From the NCBI GenBank assembly GCA_951406725.2, contig OX597834.1, positions 42,098,001 through 42,162,000 of the forward strand: DNA of 64,000 bases. Reading direction: 5' to 3'. The notes beneath the pieces are model-generated. The model did not search any database, was not told the DNA's origin, and saw only the letters and a program-made list of their open reading frames with translations. This stretch comes from Octopus vulgaris. Its lineage: Eukaryota. Positions 26,498 through 40,207 of the stretch are shown in pieces (within the stretch, counting starts at the first letter, position 1; each line of letters begins with the position of its first letter). The translations under genes were made by a program, and so were the position numbers.

Positions 26498-27359
26498 TAT
26501 TTTCTTAGCTGTTCTTCTCATCTTGACTTTCTTTGAATCTGCCTTATTTTAAAAATAAAGTAATTAGTCTTTTTTTGTTTCACCTTTTTCAAATTGTTTA
26601 GAGAATAAATTATTCGGAGGAGCTACCTGTGTTTAATATTTTAAGAGGGGCGCCTTAAATGGTAGATTTAACTGGTTGTTCTGTGTAGCATCGAGATCGG
26701 TCTCTTAGTTATCTTTAGCGGTCTTTACACTCCGTTGCAAACCATGAATCCAGGGTTAGAGAGTACTTCCTTTCGCAAATCGTGAAGGCCCAGAAAAAGG
26801 TCATGCGCACTGCACTTCCTACATCGACGAAGCCATTGAAATGCACATGGGATATATTCTTTTATTCTTTTATTTGTTTCAGTCATTTGGCTGCGGCCAT
26901 GCTGGAGCTCTGTCTTGGAGGGTTTTAGTCGAACAAATCGGCCTCAGGACTTATTTTTCAGCTTAGTACTTATTCTATCGGTCTCTTTTGCCTGCCAAAC
27001 TGCTAAGTTACGGAGGCGTAAACACACCAATTTTTTTTATGCATTATCATTAGCGCTTTCGAATTTGTCAAATAAAATTTTGTGAATGTGCAAAACAGGT
27101 GTTAATTTATTTAAAACATATTTTTGTTTTTTTTGTTTAGAAAAGAATATTTTTGTTTGTTTTTCTAGGTGAGGCTTCAGGAAAATGGAAATGGATAGAT
27201 AGATAGATAGAAAGATAGGCAGATAAATAGGTAAATAGATAGATAGACAGACAGATAGATAGGTAGAGTGAGGGAGGAGGGACGCCTCCCCTTCAATTTG
27301 ACATGCATTCACCATTTATTAATTTGTCTAGTCATTTACCATTGTATTGACACGAGTTC

Positions 27360-28620
27360 AAGGATGGTCAACTCTACAAGAGAAATGACAAATATTTAGA
27401 CGCATACATAGATACAATTTCAAAATTTCCCCTAAATATCTACAGATGCAAACAAAAACCTTCGTGAAGAAGAGAAGGAAGCCTTGCTAACACTGAAGGA
27501 GGACAACTCAATCATCCTAAAAGAAGCCGATAAGTGGGGTGGAGCGATATTAATCACGGGCAAGGACTATTATAAAGATAGAATATTGGAAATTTTAACA
27601 AACGAAACTTACGGCAAGGAAGAATCAAGACACCTAGAATAATCAATAATGAATGAAATCAGAACATTAATCAATGAATACCAAGATTCCTTCACAGACA
27701 AGGAGAAAGATTATATATGCAACTCTGTAATCGAAGAGAGCAATTTCTACAGACTGCCCCAAAGCCACAAAAACTCCGAAATACAAAGTGCCATAAATAG
27801 GTAGAAGAATTAATACATAAAAATACTAAGACCTGCTGACCTCAAACTAAGACCGATAGTAGCTGGACCTCAAGCACCAACACACCAACTAAGTCATTTT
27901 TTAGATACACTCCTAAAACCATTGTGTCCTTTGATACCCAGTTATATACGGAATGGCATACATTTCATCCAGCACACCCCACCCACTGTCCCAAGTTTTG
28001 ATGTCACCAATCTTTATACCAATATACCTCACGCCTTAGGTCTAGAAACAGTCAAACACTGGGTAGAGAAACATAGAGGACGGACAAATGAACGCTTCAA
28101 GACTGACTTCATCACCAAGGCCACATGCTTGGTACTAGAAGAAAATACCTTTAGATTCGATAATAAAACATCGACAGATAAAGGGCACGGCTATGGGGAC
28201 GTAATTTGCACCCTCATATGCAAACTTAGTCACAGGATACTTGGAAGAAAGACTTTACGAGGAAGTAGAGAACACTTTTGATCGGGAGTACAAGAAATAT
28301 ATCGTTAAAAAGTGGAAATGCTTTCTTGATGACTGCTTTATCTTTTCAGGCAAATGAAATGAAATATGTTGGTTATCCCAGGACAATGTGTGCTAACAAA
28401 CAGAATCATGTGTTCATGAATTTTTCCTTAAGTGTCCGTAGTAGGGTGATGCTCAGTTTCATTGCCCTTTTAGTTCCCTCATTAATTAATCCTAAGGGGT
28501 ATTTCAACTTTGTGAGGAGGCCTTTGAGCTCGTTCAGTTGGACTAAAGTTGGGTTGAGTATTTTGGGGTCAGTCACTATAGCACAGATTTGTCTTGCCAT
28601 GCTGTATTGGCTAACGTTTC
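27360..28620 (+). mobile_element. Decayed Penelope-like retroelement RT with an inverted distal segment (about 28380-28620 on minus)
   Basis: Motifs ILKEADK-WGG, LKLRPIVAG, SFDVTNLYTNIPH and KGTAMGT; minus-strand ARQICAIVTDP...KYPLGLINEG. Confidence 0.85.
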
Positions 28621-28664
28621 TGCCATCTCACCGCCTTCACAGCCATATATATTATCTCTCTCTC

Positions 28665-29121
<457 letters not shown>

Positions 29122-29514
29122 ATATTATATTACAAGGTCAAGTGCATATCGATTTGTCGCGTCACTGGGTTTTCCATTTTATATTTACAGAATTTATTTT
29201 AAGTATTTACCTATGCTCTTATAATAAAAAAAAATATACAAAAACAGGTAAAATAAATTTAGAATTCTGATTTAAAAAAATGCTGATATGCTAGAGTTAT
29301 TTCCCTTGCATAATTTGTAAAAATTGTCATTTCATATTGCGTTCTTCGAAATTTCTAAGAAATTAATTTCTTAATTATCTTGTTTCAAAACTATTACTCA
29401 GATAAGATTTATTTAAATTTTACCTTCGTGGATAGATATTATCTTAATCTATCTCGCATTTTTGCAACAAATAAGATGAGGACAAATATTCGTCAAATGT
29501 AAATAAATGTAAAT

Positions 29515-29686
29515 AGGCGCAGGAGTGGCTGTGTGGTAAATAGCTTGCTAACCAACCACATGGTTGCGGGTTCAGTCCCACTGCGTGGCACCTTGGGCAA
29601 GTGTCTTCTACTATAGCCTCGGGCCGACCAAAGCCTTGTGAGTTGATTTGGTAGACGGAAATTGAAAGAAGCCCGTCGTATATATG

Positions 29687-29719
<33 letters not shown>

Positions 29720-29927
29720 TTGTGTGTCTGTGTTTGTCCCCCTAGCATTGCTTGACAACCGATGCTGGTGTGTTTACGTCCCCGTCACTTAGCGGTTCGG
29801 CAAAAGAGACCGATAGAATAAGTACTGGGCTTACAAAGAATAAGTCCCGGGGTCGATTTGCTCGACTAAAGGCGGTGCTCCAGCATGGCCGCAGTCAAAT
29901 GACTGAAACAAATAAAAGAGTAAAGAG
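29515..29927 (+). mobile_element. SINE family A, full length
   Basis: Complete head, internal microsatellite and tail. Confidence 0.92.
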
Positions 29928-30656
29928 TATACATGCGCGAACTCACTCACACACGCACACACTCACGCATACGCACACGCACACACTCACGCATACGCAC
30001 ACGCACACACTGATATACTAGAGTCATTTTCCTTGCATAATTTGTAAATGTTGCTTGAATGCCAAACAGAAAAAAAGTGAGTACAAGGAATCTAATCTAA
30101 GGGAGATGACTCTGACGGGCTTAAAAGCCAGCGTATTTTATACACGTTTCTCAACAATTCTTTTTCTACGACTTTCATCGCGCATCTTTGACACGCACTA
30201 AGCGAGGTTTTCGGTGGTTTCGGACCCAAGCTATACTCTTGTATTCAGCGACGTCCGATTACTGCTAACTTATCTGCTTTTATCTGGAGGATTCTTCAAC
30301 ATCGAATTATTCTATAACATATATTGGCTGGTATTAAACTAAGTTTGTAATATCCTTTTCTACTCTAGGCACGAGGCCCGAAATTTTGGGGGAGGGGGCC
30401 AGTCGATTAGATCGACCCCAGTATGCAACTGGTACTTAATTTATTGACCCACCCACCACCACCACCTCGAAAGGTTGAAAGTCAAAGTCGAACTCGGCGG
30501 AATTTGAACTCAGAACGTAAAGACAGATGAAATACCGCTAAGCATTTGTTTTGCTAAGATTCTTGATGTGAAAACGTGTGTTGAAACATATATTGTTATA
30601 TTTGGGGTTGATCATCTTTTACCAATTAAACAAACACACTTTATTTGCTCTTCATT

Positions 30657-30659
30657 TTA

Positions 30660-30729
<70 letters not shown>

Positions 30730-30730
30730 T
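30657..30730. repeat. (ATT)n microsatellite
   Basis: Seen directly. Confidence 0.97.
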
Positions 30731-31686
30731 ATGGTTTCCGGTCATTATAACTTTATTTCAGCTGCCTTAGTACCGGGCATCCTCCAGAGGCCAAGAGTAG
30801 CAAGGGCACTTTTGTGTTGCTATGCATGCTAAAATTATCACTACCTTTAGTCCATTTTAGACGGAGTTTGCCTTCCGTAATATATGGGCTGCACCCATCA
30901 AGGTTAAAGTGCGATATTTGTGGGGCCACAAGCCACCTCAGGGCTTTCTTCACGCAGCGACGCTCACACGAACACAAACAGACTCTCACACTCTGAGACT
31001 GATTCTACAGACACTGGTGCCTCCACATAACGTAGCGAAGATGAGGAGGGATCACCGAAAGCACCCCACCAAAAAGCCCCCCACAAAAAATACAGAAACA
31101 AAAGACAGCGCAAAAGAAAAGTACCTGGGCCCACACCAACAAAAGAATGTTTTACCATTTTCTTCCCGCTCGTCCTGGTATCCTGCAAAATGTGAAGAGT
31201 GCTCTATCCTCCTCACGTTTCTTTTATCTGACCAAGCCATAAAGCAATAGATAAATAAAGTAAGTTTATTTAATATCAAATTACAATTCTTTTTCCTTTT
31301 CTGTTATCATTTACAATTAATAGAAAACAAACAGCGTAAGTGTTAGACTTAATCTGTTGTCCGTCGGGTTTAGGATTACCGCTTGTCTGTTGGCGGCATT
31401 CATCAGAATTCACACAGTTGTAAAATTCAGACCAGGTTTCTGGGTTCGAAGATAATCTGTTTCTTTGAGGTGTTGTTTCCTATTGAAGCAAACGTTGAAA
31501 CGGGGAGCCGTGATTTGTTTCACCCTCTCCTTCCTACAACGACCCGCTTCTCCTTGCCAAAGTAAAAATATTTGCTCTTCATCTTTGAAAAAGCCATAAC
31601 ATAAAAATAAAAGATAAAAATGTAAAGCTTTATTTAATATCCCTTCAAATATAGGCACTAAGCTAGAAATTTGACGGTAGGGAAAC

Positions 31687-31777
<91 letters not shown>

Positions 31778-31786
31778 GTATACACG

Positions 31787-31839
<53 letters not shown>

Positions 31840-32559
31840 TATGTTATATTTTCTAGACTCTGGAAATATTGAAAGCAAAGTTGCGTTAGGGGCATTTGAT
31901 CTCAGATCTAACGACTCCAGAAACTTGTAAGGGAGGGGTTAGTCGATTAAATCGAGTCAAGCACTGGACGGGTACTTTATTTTACTGACCCTGGAAAGAT
32001 GACAAACAAAGCAAACCTCAGGGAGATTAGAGTTCAAAAGTTAAAGCGCTCAATACATATGTTTGATGCCCCAACGGCTTTTCCAGTCAAGGGCCCTTAA
32101 GCTTTCTCTAATATCCTTTCTACTATCGGCACAAAGTCTAAAATTTTGGTAAAGAGGGCCAGTCGATTACATCGACCCTAGTACTCAATTAGTATTTCGT
32201 TTATCGACCCCGAAAGGATGAAAGGCAAAGTCGACATCGGCGGAATTTTAACTCAGAGCGACGAAATGCTGCTAAGCATATTATCCGACGTGCCACTGAT
32301 TCTGCCAGCTCACCGCCTTAAAGCCTTTCTCTAATACCAGCTGGGATTAATTTTCAAAACCTCACGATATATGAAGGATCTTCCATCGGTTTCTTCGATG
32401 AGCGTTCAGTTATTTGAACAACTGCATTACTTCGTCGTTGAATTAACATTAAAGTGGTTGAGTATTCCTCAGCCTCTAACATAAGATATGTGACCTTTAA
32501 CATAATTCTCGATTTTGATTTCTTTCCCCTTCCTTTAACCCTTTTGGCATTCACAGCCG

Positions 32560-34740
32560 CAGTAGAAAGACATTGTAGGGATAGCGTGAGCCATCTTTTC
32601 TAGATACTTTTTCCGGATGATAATACAAATGGTGACAAAACCTATGGACATTTTAGCAATGACATATCTTATAGTGGTGGTAGTCATAACGTAGCCTATG
32701 ACAGCAGTGTCATACCGCAGCTACGATAGCAGTGTCACAATTTATGACAGAGGTACCATAACCGAGAGTAGTGCTAATGATGTCATAACCTTTGCTAGTA
32801 GTATAGTAGTAGTGATATCCTAACCTAGAGCAGTGTCATAACTATAAATAGCCCTTCTAGTATGCTACAGATAGTCAGAGTGTCTGCACCAAAAGAATTT
32901 CTCTCCCAGAAAGACCACTGTGCAAGTCTCCCCTCTTTGCGTCGACGATGTTACCCAAATGAAAGGTGAGTCGAACACCCCTTAACATTAATATCATCAC
33001 AGGCATTGTCGTTAGAGCATAAAAATCGGGAGAAATACCACAAGGCATCCAGCCCAAAGCTCTCACAGTTCTGCTCATCTACCGCCTTGGATTGGTTCTT
33101 TATTTATCAGCTTCGAAAGAACGAAAGGTAAAGTTGACCTCGGCGGGATTTCAACTTAGAACACAGAGACCGGATAGAAATAGCACAAGGTTTTCTATCC
33201 GACGCTCTAACGACTCTGCCTCATCTCCGCCTTATAGTATAGTGATATCACAACCAAGGATAGTAGTAGTGATGATGTAAACTGTGATAGTGATGGGAAA
33301 ATCTTTGGCTCGCTAGGTGATAGCGGGGTCACGATCTGCTGTAATTGTAAGCTATTGTAGTAGTGATAATAGGGCCATAACATTTGGGAGTGATGTAACT
33401 TATATTAGCGGTGATAACACTATAGTTTGATAGCAGTGTCTTGTGGGTATAGCTGTGTTATCACAATGTTCTACAGTTGTAAGGCGGTTAGCTGGCAGAA
33501 TCGTTAGCACGCCGGGCGAAATGCGTAGTCGTATTTCGTCTGCTTTTATGTTCTGAGTTCAAATTCCGCCGAGGTCGACTTTGCCTTTCATTCTTTAAAT
33601 TAAGTACCAGTTGTACCAGTAGAAAAGAATATTTGACACTAGTGTGATATCCTATGATAATGTCCTAACACCTGGCAACGATGTCGTTACTTTCAGTAGC
33701 AGCGACATAATCTATAGCGACAGTGTCATAATCTACGTTGTTATTAGGGGTATCATAATCTATCGCAGACGAGGAATAATTTATGACATCGGTATCATAA
33801 CCCATGAAAGGATGGGATGACCTTTAGTAGAGGTAGTGGAAGGATAACGTATGATAGTTCCATCATAACAGATCTTTAGCTCACTATCTATAGTAGTTGC
33901 ATTATGACCAATATGCAACGTAATATATGATAGCAATAGCAATTGGTGTTATAAACTAAAGTCAACTGTTTCATAACGCGCAACTTGTATTATAAACCAT
34001 AATGACAGTATCAGAAACCTATGACAAGGTATCATATCCTAACTAGTAGTGGCAACAATTTCATAGCCTATGAGAGCTGTGTCATGATTATAACAAAGAC
34101 ACTATTATGGTCATAGTGGTTCTGTTATAATCTATATCATAGTAGCAGCGGTGGTGTCATAACTTATTGTATCAATGTGAATTGTTCTAAGTAGTATCAT
34201 AAAATATAGAAATTTTGTCAGAGCTTATAGTGGTGATTGTGGAATTATAACAGCTGGGTCATAACCTTTAGTAGCTAACTCTAAGTTCTTTCATCTTTTT
34301 ATTTCTTTTCTTACTATTTTTCACTCATTGGACACCGACCATGCTGGGGCACTTCCTTGAAGGGTTTAGTCGAACAAATCGCCCTCAGTACTTTATTTAT
34401 CAGAACTCATTGAATAGTGTGATAACCAATGGTTGCAGGGACATATATTATTACAGTGACATCATAACGTGTTGTATTAACCTTTAGTAGGGGCATGGTG
34501 ATCTATTTCGTAATTTATGATAGTGCTGTCATATTACAGCTTAGCACAATGATGTCATATTATAGCATATGATGTCATAACCCACGACAGTGATGTCATA
34601 AACTATTACAGCAGTATGTGAATTCACGATATATCACAATATCTGCTGCATCGCTGTCATAACCCACGATAGCGGTATCATATCATAACCTATGACAGCG
34701 GTTTTGTAACACGTGACAGCGGTGTCACCCGACGATATTT
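32560..34740. repeat. Decayed minisatellite, unit about 21 bp (GTCATAACCTATGACAGCRGT), interrupted by SINE fragments
   Basis: Recurring GTCATAA...ATGACAG variants, clearest at 32680-32850 and 34520-34730. Confidence 0.8.
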
Positions 34741-34857
34741 GAGAACAGTTTTTTTGTTTTTTCAGAAATCTGGATAAACAGAATTTTTTTGAAGAAAGAA
34801 ACAATTGATATAAAAAAATAGTATGAAATTATAAATCTTCAGATAATGAAATTTCAA

Positions 34858-35348
34858 TCAGTCAAGCACATCCATGAAGGTTTGCATAAGATACGGTGAA
34901 TGTTTAATTCCCATCGAATACTTCGGGGTAGAATTGCCAAAAGGTTTCGACAGCTGAACATTATAAGTTCCTGGTCCAGGGTTATCCATTTTATATTTGG
35001 GTATCGCCGTTCGACTCCTCAGAGAAAATAACGGTGGTTGCTTGTGTGAAGAATGTAACGGTACGGAGCCATACTTCGCAGGCCCCGGTGTCTTGGCGAA
35101 GTCGTAAGCATAACTGTTGTAATTCAGTCTTTTATTAATGCTGTAAGCAGGTACATTTGAAATATTTATGGGTTGCTCGCCCAGGATTCCTGGCAAAGAA
35201 TATGCACAAGGAGAAGGAACCGTATCTTTACTCGATTTCGGACGAGAAGTAAAACTGAATGCCGGAGCGGTACGTTCTCTCAAGACACGCACTTTCGGAC
35301 CGCAATATGTACCCGGAGCTGGGTTATCCAGGATACCTTCCCATAAAT
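34858..35348 (-). CDS. ODF3: ODF3/CIMAP1-like protein, last coding exon (spliced product 243 aa)
   Basis: TTTTTTCAG acceptor at 35351-35349. Repeated motifs PAPGTY, PSPCAY, TPGPAKY and NPGPGTY, and C-terminal PKYSMGIKHS, are typical of SHIPPO-repeat proteins. Stop TGA at 34860-34858. Confidence 0.93.
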
Positions 35349-36379
35349 CTGAAAAAAGAAAAAGATACAGCATTGAAAAGAAGAAATGTATATATAACCA
35401 GGTAGCTTAATGCGATATATAAAGAGTTCCTTTATTTGGCAGATAAAAGGCGATATCTGTTAATATCAGATTAATATCCTTCCGCTGGTCTTAAAAACAT
35501 ACATGGGAAACATTAAAATATAAAAATTTAAAATGACCAGCATCTTTGAGTCCTACATACATCGAGTCCTTATCTTTTCAGGGTGACTCATAGACCTGAA
35601 CAAGGATCGCTGCATGATTTGACTGTTCAATGCTGCAGAAATTTTGCTATGTTTTTTTTTTACAGAAGCCTAGGTCAAATGGTGACGAGACAGATATTCA
35701 CACATCATTCTTTAATAAATGTAGAACCATCCAGAACAATTGGTGATCTCACAGTAGCAATTTATTTTGGTAGAGACGAAACCATTGACAATTTTATTTC
35801 TCGTTCTGTCCCTTGGCACAAATCTTACCATTTAAAATTCAACAAAGTAGGTGCAAGCAGTTAACGAAGGGATAGTGCAAAGTAAAGCAGAACCAATGCA
35901 ATTAAAAGCCAAAAACTCAGAAAGCGTAAAGCATTGGACATGCAAAAGTTTATTCTGTGAGTAAACGAATAAGGATAGGGTTTTCGATGAAGGTTCGGCA
36001 TTTGATACAGACAAAAAATATCCAAGATATAATTATATATAATTATAGAGATGTTGAACGAGGAAGTTTTAGGGGAATTCCAGGTTCTGACTGAGAGAGT
36101 TTGAGGAGATTTAATGGAGGTTAAATACTATCCACCACTATAAGGTCCGGTCCTTGGTGTGGTGGCTTGCATGCCTCAGTGACTCTGAGAGATATGACAG
36201 CAGAGCACAAGCGCCTTGTAAGGCCTCCGTACTAGACAGGTGATAGGACAGAGGCCGAACTAATGTCGTTCCTCTTCACAGAGATAAAAAATGGCTTTGC
36301 GCAACACCAACATCGCTATCTAGAAAAATATAAAGTTAGAGAAGCATCGATGACAGTTCAAAATTAATAAGACCTGGGA

Positions 36380-36610
36380 GAAGAAGGCCCTCTCTCAAGC
36401 AAATACATCATACGTCAGGCCCTCACCTGGAACCCACAAGAGAGGAAGAAAAGGGAATGTTCTAAAAATAGCCGGAAGGAGGATACTGAGGCAGAACTAA
36501 GAAAACAGGTTTCGAACTGGAGAGAAAGAAAGAAAAAGATAGTCCAGAGTCAAGAACAATGGAGAAAAGTCGTCGATGGCCTCTCATCCATAGGGAGAGA
36601 AGAGATTCAT
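36380..36610 (+). mobile_element. RTE LINE 3-prime remnant inside an ODF3 intron (antisense)
   Basis: IRQALTWNPQ...WRKVVDGL motifs. Confidence 0.7.
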
Positions 36611-36921
36611 TAGATTAAATGGAAATGGAAGAATCTTATAATAAATGTTCAAGAATGAATACGTATTGGAGTAAGAAATGGACTACTTAAAATAAAAAAA
36701 ACTAAGAGAGGCTACTCTCAAGAAAACCAAAAGTCAAGTTCATGTCATTAAATTTAGATCAGAGAACATTATAAAGCTCGCTAGAAAGAAGAAGGCTGAA
36801 TTACATAGGTGGATTGAGTTTATCACTCTGTACTACCACAAATGCGAGTTCACAACATCTTATAAGGTTTACATTAATATCTCTAAACATTTGTTTAATT
36901 CATTTATAAAAGATATCTTAC

Positions 36922-37032
36922 AAGGCTTTTTTGTTCTTCCGGTAATCGTCACTGTGGGAACTGAAGATATTCCAAAATTACTCAGTTGGCTGGAATATCC
37001 GTAGATCGGGCCTGGACTTTGGTCGACGAATT
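36922..37032 (-). CDS. ODF3: ODF3/CIMAP1-like protein, coding exon 3 (KFVDQSPGPIYGYSSQLSNFGISSVPTVTITGRTKKP)
   Basis: TTCCACAG acceptor, GTAAGA donor, 111 bp, phase 1-1; SPGP-x-Y SHIPPO repeat. Confidence 0.9.
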
Positions 37033-37180
37033 CTGTGGAACGAGAAATATGGAAATATACAGACATGATACATACATACCCCAAAAGGATGAAAGGCAAA
37101 GTCAACCATGGCGGAATTTTGAACTCAGAACTTAGTGGCGGACGAAATATAGTCTCCTATGATAATTAATCAGAACTTAC

Positions 37181-37285
37181 TGAATGTGTGTTTGCCAATG
37201 CTGTAAGATGGCGCCCTTGGTTTCGTAGCGTCATGGTAATCAGTTCCCACTGTTGATGGTAATCTGTAATTATTCGGAGCAGGGC
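37181..37285 (-). CDS. ODF3: ODF3/CIMAP1-like protein, coding exon 2 (GPAPNNYRLPSTVGTDYHDATKPRAPSYSIGKHTF)
   Basis: TTCTTTCCAG acceptor, GTAAGT donor, 105 bp, phase 1-1. Matches the ODF3 N-terminal pattern GPxP..Y.LP.TVG...HD.TK..AP.YS.G. Missed by the ORF track. Confidence 0.9.
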
Positions 37286-37685
37286 CTGGAAAGAAATATT
37301 TCAACATAAATTTATCACGGTCCATGTTTGTCATTGACTATCTATCAAGCCTTGAACTCAGATCGCAAAAAGGCGAAACTAGAACAGCAACGTATTTTAT
37401 GCCTAGGCACAAACAAGAACAAGGACGTCGTCACAGGTTAAGAATATAAGGTTAAGAAGCCACGAAGAGGCTTTCAGGTTTTCGTTGAGAAATACCAGTT
37501 ATTATACCTGTCAAGGCATTGACAGATATATTTGTATACGTATGTATATGTATATATAAATGCGTGTGTGTGTGTGAATGTGTGTAATGCTAATCATCAG
37601 AATATGCTTCTGCCTAGGGCTGTGTATATATCTGGAGATCGAATTTGTTTTTCATCCATTCACGTTGTGAAATAAATCACCAGAC

Positions 37686-37710
37686 CTTTTGTAGATCGAT
37701 ATTTTTTCAT
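37686..37710 (-). CDS. ODF3: ODF3/CIMAP1-like protein, coding exon 1 (MKKYRSTK-G); whole exon 37722-37686
   Basis: On the minus strand a poly-T/CAG acceptor lies at 37725-37723, followed by 12 nt of UTR with an in-frame TGA directly before ATG. The phase-1 donor AAG|GTCTGG joins in frame to the next exon. Confidence 0.7.
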
Positions 37711-37838
37711 TCAACTGTCTTTCTGAAAAAAAAAAATGGTTGTAGTTAAATTGGAGATGAACTCCGTCAGGTCTAAGGATACCCATGTTAGCCGTATGTT
37801 ACGACGGCGTCCCTACGATTCCATGAAAAAAAGACAGG

Positions 37839-37894
<56 letters not shown>

Positions 37895-38095
37895 ATTAAT
37901 AATAAAAGGGTAAAATTAATTAAATTGATTAATCAATCAATCAATTAATTAATAATCTTACCAAGTAGATCGGTACGTGTTACTGTCTATGAGATTCTTA
38001 CGGTTGTAGAGAAGGAATTTTTATTCCTAATTCTAAATTCGGTATGTGGTGAAGCAATTAGCTGACCCTTAATTGTAATTATGTTTATAATTATA

Positions 38096-38154
<59 letters not shown>

Positions 38155-38568
38155 GTATATATGTATACTTTTTTTATTCGTCGGTTTATCAGGCTATCAT
38201 TAGTTTCATGTTTAGAGAGGCAAATCTCTTCAAAAATTTTCAAGCCTATTGCATGGAACATCGGTGTTCGTCTCCATCTTGGTGTTTTCATCCAAGATGG
38301 ATATGAACACTAACGTCCCATTTAATAGGCTTGAAAACTTTTAAGAGATATACCTCTCTTAACATGAAACTTGTGGTAGCCTAGTTAACCCACAAATAGA
38401 AAAGTATATATAGATACATACATACATACACACACACATGACTGATTTTATAAGAGATGCCGTGTTTTTACAATTCTGTAATGATAATAATATTTTCATA
38501 AGTTTGAAACTTATAAAAATATTTTTATATAAGTGTGTGCGTGTATGTGTGTGTGTATGTATATATAT

Positions 38569-38632
<64 letters not shown>

Positions 38633-38649
38633 ACACATATGTACAGCAT

Positions 38650-39390
38650 TGGAAAGGCACATCCCTCTTTCTAGTAAATATCGTATATTATTCAATAGGC
38701 AGACTAATAAATTTTCGTACTCCACCACACCTAAGTTAGCTGATAATATAAGCCCTATTAATAATGAAATAAACGATATTGGAAATGATGTATGTGATTC
38801 TAAGTATCCTAGTAGTTAGTCTGTCTCTAGTGTCTCTGTTAACCTAATACTTTATTAATCATGAATGTTACTATTGGTTATTGATCCTGTGCCTCTTTTT
38901 AACAAAAGCTTTAGTAACACTACAATCAATAGTTCTTCACTTGCTAGTAAACGTGATAGTTTTGTAACTTTAAGGATCAATATAAAAGCCTGCAAACATC
39001 GAGTGCCTACGAACAAATTTAGTATGAAAATGTTCCGTCCCGACAACGATAAAGTATACTGCTATATGGGTGTTACAGCGTGAAATGTAGATGGAGTCCT
39101 CATATATTCTTTCAGTATTTCCTAATACATCATTAGCAAAATGTATTTGGGATCTGAAAAATAGAAACATCGATTACTGTATTTTGTAGTCAATTATCCG
39201 AACTGCACCTCATAGCCATTCGATATCATGTCTAAAAGCTATCATTATATTTTTATGATTAAATATTAGGAACTGTATTTTAAAAATGCTTAAATATTTT
39301 GTGTATTGTAGAAATACTGGTTTCAAATTGTAGCGCAAGTCCAGCAATTTTGGGAGAAGAGAGTATTTGATAATATCGATCCTACTATTC
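38650..39390 (-). mobile_element. Probable highly decayed Penelope-like remnant
   Basis: Fragmentary coding-like frames with weak resemblance to the PLE RT thumb/linker; many stops. Confidence 0.35.
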
Positions 39391-39620
39391 AAAAGGATGA
39401 AAAGCGAAATCGACCTCCGAAAGGATAAAAGGCAAAGTCAACCTCCGAAAGGATGAAAAGCAAAGTCAACCTTCGAAAGGATGACAGACGAAATCGATCT
39501 CTGAAAGATGAAAGGCAAATTCGACTTCGGCGGAATTTCAACACAGAACATAATGACGGATGAATTGCTGCTAAGCATTTTGGCCCTCAAGCTAACGATC
39601 CTGCTCGACCGCCGCCTTAT
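39391..39620 (-). repeat. Five tandem 28-bp units derived from the SINE B core, attached to a SINE B head
   Basis: GAAAGGATGAAARGCAAAGTCRACCTCC x5 at 39391-39530, followed by the remainder of the SINE. Confidence 0.88.
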
Positions 39621-39759
39621 GTATTGTAGAAATGTAACCAGTTTATTGCACGTAAATTTCAACAACAAAATCTTAGACGGACCCTTAAAGATCACAAGAA
39701 CCCCGATTGAGAGTCACTCTTCTCTATTATACTTCCTGATTACGTGGTTCTTGCTGCCA

Positions 39760-40040
39760 GTGCCGTCGTCATATGATATCTTTTTATTTAGCCCTGGGCA
39801 CATGAAGCAGGTCATTGATAGACAGCTTTGTAATTCTCCCTTGTGTGACAACTGGAGAGGAACATTTATCTTGGCCAAAGTCCAGCCCTTTATCCTTTAA
39901 GAATGTAACCAGGTCAAGGCTTCTCTTCATACTATTCATATTTTTTGCATTTACTTTCAGGTCACCTACAAAGAAGATATCGAGTCTGGCTGATGTTTCT
40001 GCCTTCCTGAGCGCCAATTATCGTTCAGGTTGCTTCCAAC
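39760..40040 (-). mobile_element. LINE RT fragment (R4/Dong-like)
   Basis: FFVGDLKVNAKN...SLDLVTFLKDKGLDFGQDKC is a decayed LFMDDLKLYAK...DIGMxFGxDKC. Confidence 0.7.
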
Positions 40041-40061
40041 TATAATTAACAGCATCGCAGA

Positions 40062-40115
40062 TGCATGTATGTAAGTATGTATGTATGTATGTATGTATGT
40101 ATGTATGTATGTATG

Positions 40116-40146
<31 letters not shown>

Positions 40147-40176
40147 TGTATGTATGTATGTATGTATGTAAGTATG

Positions 40177-40207
<31 letters not shown>

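Noticed and set aside
32560-34740. CRISPR-like array of palindromic repeats
   Set aside because: Units are adjacent and diverged with no unique spacers, there are no cas genes, and the context is eukaryotic.
35349-35373. ORF-track start of the 171-aa ODF3 ORF
   Set aside because: Intronic polypyrimidine tract; the exon begins at 35348.
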